From Eledone cirrhosa (taxonomy: Eukaryota), in NCBI GenBank assembly GCA_964016885.1, contig OZ024747.1:30690001-30754000 (forward strand): 64,000 nt of DNA. Direction: 5' to 3'. Each line of letters begins with the position of its first letter. Positions within the stretch are counted from its first letter, which is position 1. This document shows positions 11,501-21,802 of the stretch, one piece after another. The notes below the pieces were generated by a model. It worked only from the letters and a program-made list of their open reading frames with translations. It ran no database searches and was not told the DNA's origin. Both the position numbers and the translations under genes were made by a program.

Positions 11501-12327
11501 TAAAAATGAAAGGCAGGTTGTATGATGCCTGCATACGAACAACAATGTTACATGGCAGTGAGACCTGGACATTGTGTGCAGAGGATATATGCAGACTGGA
11601 GAGGAACAAAGCTTGCATGCTCCGCTGGATGTGTAATAGTAATATACGTGAACGGCAAAGCATAAACGAACTAAGGAAAAAATTAGAAATAAGAGAGATC
11701 AGATGTTGTTTACTCGAGAGAAGACTACGTTGGTACGGTCACGTGATGCGCATGAAAGACGACAGCTGTATAAAAAAGTGCAGGGCAATAAAAATAGATG
11801 GTAGCCATGGAGTAGGCAGACCCAGAAAAACCTGAGACGACCTGATAAATTCCGACCTCACACACTTGATCTCACTGGACTGAGATCTTTGGCGCTACAC
11901 AGTAATACAGAAGACCCGCCTTACCTAAGTACAAAGTGAAACCTACTACAGTCAGTAGGCACCTCTAACAAAAATACACCCCGTCCCACTACCCCCACCC
12001 CATCCACACCACCCCTTTCAATGTAAAGTTATGTTGGTACCACAACATCCAGTCCGAAACAAATGAGGTCGTGTAGGTGTCACGACAAAAAAAAACACAC
12101 AGTCCACGCTGTAATGTGGCCGTGTAGGTAACACGGTAAAAACCTCCCAGTCCACACTTTAAACGTGGTTGGTGTTAGGAAGGGCATCCAGCCGTAGAAA
12201 ACCCGCCAGACAGTCCTATGCGAGCAAGACAACCACTCTTGCCTCAAGTGGGAAAACTCCCGTCCAAACCCATGCAAGCGTGGAAGATGGACGTTAAATG
12301 ATAATGATTATGATGATGATGATGATA
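8531..12327 (+). mobile_element. Near full-length RTE LINE (subfamily B): APE endonuclease, RT, internal PHD-like finger, long 3' UTR
   Basis: GTMNVGTL, CIQETRW, YAPQ, GDLNGH, SQVDYIL, SQHRL, FVDLEKAFDRV, GVHQGSVLSP, LLYADD. The ORF (8721-11835) is broken by a few frameshifts and a stop. (GAT)n tail. Confidence 0.95.
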
Positions 12328-12328
12328 C

Positions 12329-12770
12329 ATATTAAATGTATAAATTGAGTTAGGAACTAACTCAATTTATACATTTAATATATTCAGCTCCGTTAATTTG
12401 TTGAGCTATTTCAAATGTCGAGTAAACCTGGCTGCTATTTTTAGTGGTGTGGGTTTGTGAGACTCACTAGGATGCCATGTGTGCTGTTTTATATATTATA
12501 TAAAGCATACATAGATGTGTCTAGGATAATAATTCATCACCCACTGATGAGCTTGGATTAGTATTTCTATTCACAATTGACTTTGCGAAACAACAAGTTG
12601 TCTGGGTGATTGGTAGTTACCACAATTCCGGTTTGTAATTATTTTCTTAATTTTTTCTTAAATTGAGACAATTGAACCCAATTGTCTATAGTTAGTATTC
12701 TTTTCACCTTAGCGAATCAGGTCCCTTGCGATTTTCTGTTCGCTTTTCTTTTAATTTCTATTATAATATA
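12329..12770 (+). mobile_element. Non-coding hammerhead-bearing element (Penelope-like/retrozyme-like, non-autonomous)
   Basis: A 24-bp-arm hairpin at about 12329-12380, a hammerhead at 12536-12610, and a T-rich end running into (TA)n. Confidence 0.65.
12536..12610 (+). ncRNA. Type I hammerhead ribozyme with a complete catalytic core
   Basis: Stem I ATCACCCA/TGGGTGAT, CTGATGA 12544-12550, stem II closed by GC/GC, GAAA 12587-12590, stem III CAAC-AA-GTTG, GTC cleavage triplet 12600-12602. Confidence 0.82.
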
Positions 12771-12847
12771 TATACATATATACATATATATATATATATA
12801 CATATACATATATGTGTATATATATTAGTCTTCAAATTTATTATTAT

Positions 12848-12897
<50 letters not shown>

Positions 12898-12901
<4 letters not shown>

Positions 12902-13535
12902 TCATCATCATCATTTTACGTCCGCTTTACCCTGCTTGCCAGGGTGGGACAGGTCCTATTCAACACAGCATCTCTCCACTTGTCACGGTCCTTTGTCATC
13001 TCCTCGATGACAAAGGACCGTGACAAGTTTCAGCAATCTGAGGTCTGCTCCCACCACCTCCGCCCATGTTTTTCGGGGTCGACCTCTACTGCGTCTTCCC
13101 GCCACTGGGACTTCCTGGCACTTCTTCACCCAGCAGTCATCCTCCATGCGCATCACATGTCCATACCATCTCGGCCTTCTCGCCTGCACACCATAACTTA
13201 TCCCTCTTATACCCAGTTTCTTTCTCGTGCTTGGTTGTTCACGCACATTGACATTGCACATCCAATGGAGCATACTTGCTTCATTTCTCTCCAGCCGTCA
13301 CATATCTTCTGCAGTTGCTGCCCATGTCTCACTACCATGCAGCATTGTGCATCTAACACAGACATCATATAACCGCCCTTTCGTATGCAGGGAGAAACCC
13401 TTCTTTGTCAACAGAGGAAGCAGCTCCCTAAACTTCTTCCAACCCGTTCTTATTCTAGATACTATGGCCTTGGAACACCCCCTGCCTCCCATGCTAATCT
13501 GATCACCTAGGTACCGGAAGCTATCAACCACTTCT
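12898..13535 (-). mobile_element. RTE LINE 3' fragment (subfamily A)
   Basis: VDSFRYLGD, RIRTGWKKFREL, MLHGSETW, RWYGHV. (CAT)n tail on the + strand; flanked by (TA)n. Confidence 0.93.
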
Positions 13536-13549
13536 ATATATATATATTG

Positions 13550-14395
13550 TCATCATCACCATCATCACCGTTTTACGTCCATACTAATACGCTAGTGCAG
13601 GTTAGACTGTTTATTCCTGTGGGAAGTCGGGTCTTCTGTATTACTGCATGATGCCAGAGGTCATGGTCCTGTGTCATCACCCTTGAGAGGTGTAATTGGG
13701 TAAGGTCAGCTTTAATCACCTCAACCCCGGTCTTCTTGGGTCTCCCCACTCCGTGGTTTCCATCGACTTCTACTTCTCTGCACCTTTTTAAGCAGCTGTC
13801 ATACTTCATACGCATCACATGTCCATACCAATGCAACCACCTCTCCTGCACACAGCATTTGATTCCTCTTATGCTCAGTCTCTCTCTCAATTCTTTTATG
13901 CTTTGCCGTTCATGTATATTACTATTACACCTCCATCGGAGCATGCAGGCTTCGTTTCTTTCTAATCAACGCAAGTCTTCTACAGACAGTACCCAGGTCT
14001 CTCTGCCATGTAACATTACTGTTCGTATACACGCATCATACAGCCTACCTTAAATTTTGAGGGAAAAGCCTTTTGCAGCTAGCAGTGGCAGTAGCTCCCT
14101 GAACTTCGTCCATCCCGTTCTTACCCTAGTTATTGTACTTTCAGAAAAGCCACCTCCGCTGCTAATTCAGTCACCTAGGTAGCAGAAGCTGTCTACTGTT
14201 TGTACAGAGCCCTCCCAGAGTTTGGTGGAACTTGTTTCCTGTGGCTGTTTGCTGCTTGCTGTCCCAGCACAGCTGCTACATGTGAAGCCTACATTCCTAC
14301 CTAAACTTCCTGAGATCCCACTACATCTCTTGTGTACCCATAGTTTGCATTTTGGGCAGAGAATGGAGATCCTACCTACACCTTTCCTACATCCT
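13550..14395 (-). mobile_element. RTE LINE 3' fragment (subfamily C, close to B)
   Basis: CRKGVGR.SILCPKCKLWVHKRC, VDSFCYLGD, WYGHVMRM, GRPKKT. Confidence 0.92.
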
Positions 14396-14519
14396 GAGTA
14401 AGATATATATATTGCACACATTCACCCCGTGTTGCAAGGCGGCTATCTTAAGTTTTTCTTAGAGTTGTCTGGAATGTATCCACTTACCACATGCTGATGA
14501 ACCTGGGTGTTTCATTCCA

Positions 14520-14688
14520 TTCACAAATCTCGCTGAGATTAGTTTCGTTTTTTCATCCTTACGGGGTGGATAAAATAAAGTACCAGGAATGTACTGGTGT
14601 CGATTTAATCAACTTTTTCCCCCAAAAAATTGTTGGCCTTTTGCCTAAATCAGAAACCATTATTATTATCATCACCATCATTATTATT
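14520..14688 (+). mobile_element. SINE family B, 3' part
   Basis: TTTCATCCTTACGGGGTGGATAAAATAAAGTACCAG core, GGCCTTTTGCCTAAATCAGAAAC and an (ATT)n tail. Confidence 0.8.
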
Positions 14689-14812
14689 TGACACATTATC
14701 ACTGCGTTACCAAACGCATCTAAGTGTGCCTTGGGTATGTGCAGTGAGATTTTTGGTGGTGTTGTCTCTATTGTACTTTTCATATGCGTGCAGTGCCTAA
14801 TAGTGTTATTTT
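14686..14812 (-). mobile_element. R4/Dong LINE, extreme 3' fragment
   Basis: Minus strand encodes ITLLGTARI, like LMGTAHILRK at about 44300, followed by a short UTR and (AAT)n. Confidence 0.6.
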
Positions 14813-16130
14813 TTGTATGATGTATATATTTGTCAGTGTTGGAGTTTTGTTTATGTATCTGTATGTGTGATTTTTATCAAAGCACGTATTATTATAGGTC
14901 ATGTTTCTGGCATCATCATCCTCGTTATTTTTATCTCTAGATCTTTATATTTGGATAGTTTCTCCATTTCCTTGGTAGATATTATTATTATTCATTTGCA
15001 GAGTGATGATATATGTATATATGCATGTGTATACATGCAAATATACATAAACACATGTATACACATGCATATATACATATATGCATGTATACACATGCAT
15101 ACACATGATATATGCATAATTCTTTATATGTAAACATGTACATGGATGAGCATACACACACAACACACACATATATACACACACATTAAGATACATACAA
15201 CGACAATCACAATGATTTGCGAATAAATGTTTAGTATAAATGTTTATATTCTTCTATGTAAAAGTTCACTTGTTTATATGTCTTTACAATATTAATAGTT
15301 TAATATTATATTGAAGAATTTTAAATATTCTGATCAGAGGAATGTGTGTGAGGACAGAGATTTGTATTCAGATGAAGAATATCGAATGCGATAATATATT
15401 TTTGATACACCAATTCATGAAAAAATACTTTTGTTTAGTGCAGACATGTTTGAAGACATTAATTCACTAACTCGTTTATTCATTTAAAATATCTATTTAA
15501 TGATATTAGGCACTAGTTGCTATGTGGTATTGATTAGTTAATGCTTATTCATATCATTGCATATGTGATATACATTTTCAGTTCACAAAGAGATAAGTGA
15601 ATTAGAAACATTAAAATCCTAATATAATAAAACACTCAAGTTCAGCCAAAAGCCAACCTGGATGAAGAATATTTAAAATATTTTGATATACTGAATGTAA
15701 ATGCTAGCATTATATAAAAGACAAAAGATTTAAAAAAGATAAAAATTCAAACAAAACATTGATAAATAAGAACTAAATGTTGGTACTTATATGGCGATGG
15801 GGTAATTTCTGTCTGTATTATGCTGCTATCTTTCCAATGTCCATGTTTACATATTTTTAACAATAGTAACTCAACAATGAATTAATTTCAATATGATTAC
15901 ATTATTGTCAATATCAGAATGGAGTCATAGAAAGAGTTCAATGCTAGACAAAATGTCTTTTGGTGTTAATTTTCATTCTTCTGCATTCTTAGTTCAAATA
16001 CAGTTGGGACTTACATTGTTTACCATCCATTCCAGAGAGGAATTATAATAATGATTTCTATTATAATAATATACCAACATTGATTCCATTGACTATACAT
16101 CTTACACTATATATATATATATATATATTT

Positions 16131-16167
16131 TTAAACTGTAGTTAGCCCTGACACAACTCTGGAATGT

Positions 16168-16206
<39 letters not shown>

Positions 16207-16380
16207 GATTCCAGAGTTGTGTCAGGGGTAATTACAGTTAAAATAGGGACTCAATACATTGGTAGAGTATAGGCATCTTTATTATATATATATAGAAATG
16301 AGTTCTACATGACTAGAACTGTTTCATTTGTATGAAATCATGACGAATGTCAGATAAAGTTGGTCAGTTCTGGTTATTTA
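16131..16380 (-). mobile_element. Fold-back fragment around (TA)n with a hammerhead remnant
   Basis: About 40-bp inverted repeats at 16131-16170 and 16202-16243. Minus strand ...ATGA-TTTCATACAAAT-GAAAC-AGTTCTA-GTC at about 16342-16311. Confidence 0.5.
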
Positions 16381-17194
16381 TAAGTATCTCAGTTGTTAGT
16401 TGAGGGTGGTGGTGGTGGAGTCCTATATGAATTATAGAGGGCTTGTCTAGGATTTCAACCGGAGATTTCTTGCACTCTAAGCAAGAATCATACACCTAAG
16501 CCAAAGAGCTATGATTCCTTGTAAAATGTTAGTGCTGGTACTATGATGAAAAACATCCAGTACACCATGTGAAACATTTGTGTTTGTACCATGAGAAAAT
16601 ATACCCAGTCAAGTCTGCAAAGTGGTAGTGCCTGTGTCATGATAATTAGACCCTGCAAATTGAGTAAGTTGATTGGTTTCAAAAGGAGCATCCGGCCATG
16701 GGAACTATGTTTAATATGGAATGTAACGAGCAACATTGCTTGCTCTGACCTATCTGGCTTGGATTGGAACAACCATGAAATCAATGCCAGAAAGAAAAGG
16801 GTATGAAAAATGATGATTTCTTACTCAGGCACAAGTGCAAATATAATACAGAATCATGTGAATGAGATTATGAGATAATCATGACTTTCTTGTAGATGTA
16901 TTGATATTATTTCTATACTGTAATAAATAAATATAATAAAGAAAACATTATTTCTATACTGTAATTTTTCAAGAAGTTCTGTTTATATCATAACAAAATT
17001 CTTTTCTTTCCATTAACTTCTGATGGAGTTGTAGGGGAGCCATATTGACACATGGCATTTCTTGTGCATTTTAAGATTGGTGGGGGCCAACCTTTTCCAG
17101 GCATGAGTGCAGCAGATTTCTTCCAGAGAAGGATAGAGAGAGAAAGAATGGAAGTGTGAAAGAAAGCAATATAGAAGAAGAATTGATACGAGTA

Positions 17195-17342
17195 CTTGAT
17201 TGGTAGTTTTCTATTGACCTCGAAAGGATGAAAGACAAAGTTGACCTCAGTGGGATTTAAACTCAGAGAGCAGAGAGCCAGAATGAATACTACAAAGCAC
17301 TCTATCTGACATTCTAATGACTCTGCCAATTCACCACCTTTC
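17195..17342 (-). mobile_element. SINE family B, partial
   Basis: GAAAGGATGAAAGACAAAGTTGACCTC..GGGATTTAAACTCAG..TGCCAATTCACC. Confidence 0.75.
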
Positions 17343-17819
17343 ATAATATAATTACTGAATCAAATACTACAAACTAAAATAGTGTCAACTCTATAACTAA
17401 AAAATCAAAAAGAAAACCATTTAGAAAAATCCTTTCCTAAATAAAATTGTTTTTCCTTTTGCTCTTTGAGAGAATGATGCCAGGAAAAGCTAGATCTGAG
17501 AAGCATATATATTTGTCTCCAAAATCAATTACAATAGCATCATTTTTGTGCTAAGTAGAAGACATACATATAGAATTAAATAATATTTAGATACATTGCC
17601 ACTAGCTATGAAAATCTCAAAAATTCCGGATTTCAAGAATAAAGTAAAATCTTCCTGTTTTTTAAAAAACTTTTTTGGAATATTATTTTCCAAGCTAAGA
17701 TGTATATATTCTTAATATGTTGCACAATGGTACATTGTACTGAATGCACTCTTAGACTGGTAAACATTAGCAACAAAATAGGTGCAATATAGTTACTACT
17801 GCATCACTGTCATCAACAA

Positions 17820-17955
17820 CAATAGTAATGATTTCTAATTTAGGCATATGGCCAACAATTTTGGGGGAGGAGAAAGTCAATTAAATCGGCCCCAGTGTAA
17901 TTACGACCACTTTATTTTATCGACCCCATATGAATGAAAGACAAAGCTAACCCTG
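17820..17955 (-). mobile_element. SINE family B, 3' part
   Basis: TTTCTAATTTAGGCA..TTTATTTTATCGACCCC..ATGAAAG. Confidence 0.7.
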
Positions 17956-18237
17956 ATGTAAAACCTTATTTTGTAAATCAGTGTTTTTTTAAACTGTTTT
18001 TATTGATTATTTTGTAGTCACTTTTTGCTGTTGTTGCTGTTGTTTTGTTGTTCCAGTTACAACCACCATAGGCTTTGACACATTACTGCCAATTTTGGCA
18101 CATGTTGTGTGCTTTTTACTATAGATATTTTTTCTCTGCTTTTCACATCGTGAGTGATCAAAATAAATCAATTTGAAGAACAAATATCTAAATTGAATTC
18201 ATTTCTATAACGTTGTAGACTGATTATCCTACTGGAA

Positions 18238-18508
18238 TAAACCTTTTGATTGTGACACCAAACTGCCTAAAACTGCATTGGTTTTGTGATCAAATACGAC
18301 CAGTTTAAAATGTTCATACTTATATTAGAAAATTCCACTATAATTATGATTATGAAATTTTTGTTAAATCATGTTTCAAATATAAGCTTACTAAAGAAAA
18401 CAGTTGTTTTATTAAACTCTTCCAAATTGTTATTTTCAAAATTAATTGACATACACTAGCAATGTCTTTCGTTAGAAACACAGTAACCCACAGGTTACAA
18501 AAGGTAAG
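18238..18508. mobile_element. Possible old piggyBac-like MITE
   Basis: Degenerate ends TAAACCTTTTG...CAAAAGGTAA resemble TTAACCCTTT/AAAGGGTTAA. Confidence 0.3.
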
Positions 18509-19904
18509 GTAGAAGCTAATTTTTCAGTCTATCAGTCAAAGGTGTCTGCAACTGGTGGCAAACAAAAGACCCATCTCTCACTTTTCATTACCATTGTCTG
18601 TGTTATTGAGACAATGTCAATATGTATGGAATTGAAATTTCAGAACTTTGCTTTAAATTATATAATTTAGATAGAAATACAAATAAATGAGTTGTTTGTT
18701 GGTGTGCCATGAGAAAATACACACAGTGTCTAACATTTTAGTCAAATGTCTGTTATCCTGCTTCTCAAAGTACATCCATTCACATCTCTATCATATATAC
18801 ATATATTTCTTATTCTATTTATTTTGATGCAAACTAACAATGCAAGTCTGTTTCTATCTAAACAGTCTGTCACACTGATTCTTCATTCTATGGCTAGTGT
18901 ACATTTTTCACTGACTCGATAGAATTTCCCTATAGGATATAATTTTCTTTAATACTAACTTTTATATGGTGGTGTGGCTGTAATAGGTTTTCAAACTTGG
19001 AGAGCTGCATATCAGTTTTCTAGCAAGGTGTCGTTCTTATAGGTAAACTACTTGGTAAATAAAACTATACATGCTTATCAAAAATTACTTTAGACTATAT
19101 CTGATTTCTCCTACTATATTTCAGTATCAGAAACATCATTAATACAAAATTTATCATAAAACCCTGGTCTTTTCTAAAATGATTGCCATTTGTTCTCATG
19201 GATCCTCTACCAGGATTAAAATAAACTAATCCCTGCCTACAAAATATGAATCCCTGAAGGTATTTATTAATGTTCATACAATTTATTCTAACTACCACAA
19301 TTTTTCACTTATTCTTTCAATGATATTTTTCAATTTTGTCTTACGTTTTTATACATAGCACTTTATTTGATTTCTTTACACATTTTTTCATATCCATTCT
19401 TTCACACACACTTTCCTTTTTTTCTTTCCTTTGCAATTTTCTTTTGATAATTATATGCTTTTTACAGAATTGCCCCTGGTACTCTCACTATCTATTACAG
19501 TGAAACTTTTAGCACATTAACCATTCTGCTGATAGTTCTTGATGTTATATTGTCAGACAGCAGATTCCAAAAACGTCTTTGTATTTTCTATTCCCTCTAG
19601 AATTTTGTTACCTGGGGTATCAATCAAAATGGAGTTGAAAAACTTCTATTTCTGCTTCATTGAAGTTTTGCACAAGAAATTATGGAAAGATATTCAAAAT
19701 GTTATATTTCCATATATATTACAAACACAGACACACAGGCATAGCCAGAGACACTCAGGTAGACCAAGAATTACACAGACACACAAAGATAATATAGGCT
19801 CCAGATACATTGTCAGAATGGAAACAAATTTGTAGATATTCTCTGAGTGAATATCAGTTGAAAATAATTTAAGATTCATCGTGATTATATATACATACAT
19901 ACTT

Positions 19905-19980
<76 letters not shown>

Positions 19981-19983
<3 letters not shown>

Positions 19984-20333
19984 GCATAACCAAAAGTTAA
20001 ACAAGGTTCATTGATTAATCAATGAATATAGTTTTAAAATAGATTAGAAGTACTCAAAAGGAAAAATTTCTGGAGTTATTAATATTAATTCAAAATATTA
20101 ATAAATGTAGACATTTACGTAATCAAAATATATTTTATTGTATATATTTCGGAGATACTGTGCTGGTTTTTCAGTACGTCCTCATCAGATAAAATACAAA
20201 AATTGATGGTTCAATTACAGTCTTGGCAAGATTGGAATTGAACCATCAGCACAGTTGAGGTATGTCATATATCAATTTATGTATTTTATCTGATGAGGAC
20301 GTACTGAAAAAACAGCACAGTATCTCCGAAATA
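19981..20333 (-). mobile_element. Fold-back element with two inverted hammerhead copies (Penelope-like terminal repeat)
   Basis: Minus-strand hammerhead at 20198-20129, an inverted plus-strand copy at about 20280-20333 and a central hairpin at about 20204-20248. Abuts (TA)n. Confidence 0.75.
20129..20198 (-). ncRNA. Type I hammerhead ribozyme, cleavage triplet apparently mutated (ACA instead of AUH)
   Basis: TGTATTTTAT-CTGATGA-GGA.GTACTG...CAGTATCTCC-GAAA-TATATA-CA-ATAAAATATA. Confidence 0.68.
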
Positions 20334-21596
20334 TCTATATATATAAAACTGTGGTTGTCTGTCTGTCTATCGATGTTTGGCACACATCTCATCTTAGAAT
20401 CTCTCACGGAATTGCACCGAAATTGCTATACTTGTACATTGAGCCCTAGTGAAGACATCGGAAAAAAGATATTTCAAATTGACCCACCCTATGTGACGAA
20501 ATCGAATATAATGTATCGATTTTTGAGCGTAAGTTATCAGTTATTTCCCTTTGTTCTGTTTACATTCAGCATAGCGTCTTACGTTCTATTTACATTTTCT
20601 GCGTGCAAAAATTAAAAAAATGATTTCCCTTTGTTCTGTTTACATTCAGCGTAGCGTCTTACGTTCTGTTTACATTTTCTGCATGCAAAAATTAAAAAAA
20701 TTACGCTGGCAAAAATTAAAAAAATTACGCTGGCTTTCTCAGCGTTTAAAATGACATTAACACAATACACGAACAGTTGTCGAGCCAGCAAAATTTTGAC
20801 CTGCAAAATTCATCAGTTCGAACACTAAGCTTCCGTTTTGCTTCATTTCCATTTAAAAGCCTTTTAAAACAATATTTTTACTTGAAAACAAGTCTATTTA
20901 AAGACTACGTAAAACAAGCAAATATTTCGTAAAAAAAAGCAAAAATTATATAAGTTTATTTAAAATATATGTATCTGTAAATTTCGTTAGGCGTGCAGAC
21001 AGACAGTCGTGCAGACAGATAGTCGTGCAGAGAGGTGATATACGCGTGCAGACAGACAGTCGTGCAGAGAGGTGATATAGGCGTGCAGAGAGGTGATATA
21101 GGCGTGCAGACAGACAGTCATGCAGAGAGGTGATATAGGCGATTATTTCCCTTTTATGGAATGAGCAGACGATTAGCGAATGTGCAGACGATTAAGTAAA
21201 TCTTTAGTAGAGTGAATTGGAATCTCCAGTTTGTTTAATAGCTTCATTTGCACTGTACTGCCTTTGTATGCTACAACGCTTTAAAAGTTCGGCGAGTTCA
21301 TTACTTCGTAAGTTATTGATATTTTTTTTTTTATTACGACGGTTAGCAAACTTTCCCTATTAAACGTTTAAATTAATTTTACGGTCTTATAAGGCTGAAT
21401 TTACTTTAATTCGGGTTATCGTTATGTTTTCTTAACTTCATAAGGCATATTGTTGGTTGAGGGAATATTAATCAAAAACACCACATGCAAGTCTGCACAG
21501 TAGACACTACAGTTTTTAAGCCAAAAAAGAAACTTAACATTGTAACTTTAACACAGCTACTGAGCGACCCCAAGCAACGCCGGGCTTTACTGCTAG
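20334..21596 (+). mobile_element. Non-autonomous Helitron
   Basis: A|TCTATATATATAAAA 5' end, subterminal hairpin CCC.AAGCAACGCCGGG at about 21568-21584, CTAG|T 3' end, no TSD. Internal duplications at about 20545-20735 and a GCGTGCAGA minisatellite at about 20990-21140. Confidence 0.85.
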
Positions 21597-21599
21597 TAT

Positions 21600-21644
<45 letters not shown>

Positions 21645-21753
21645 TAACAGATTAAAGTTTAAGCAAAGAATCGCTGCTTTCACCCTTAATTTGATATATA
21701 TTTATCCTTATCGAGAGCCGTCTTTGGATTTTAGTCTTCAAATTTATTATTAT

Positions 21754-21792
<39 letters not shown>

Positions 21793-21802
21793 TAATATAT
21801 AT

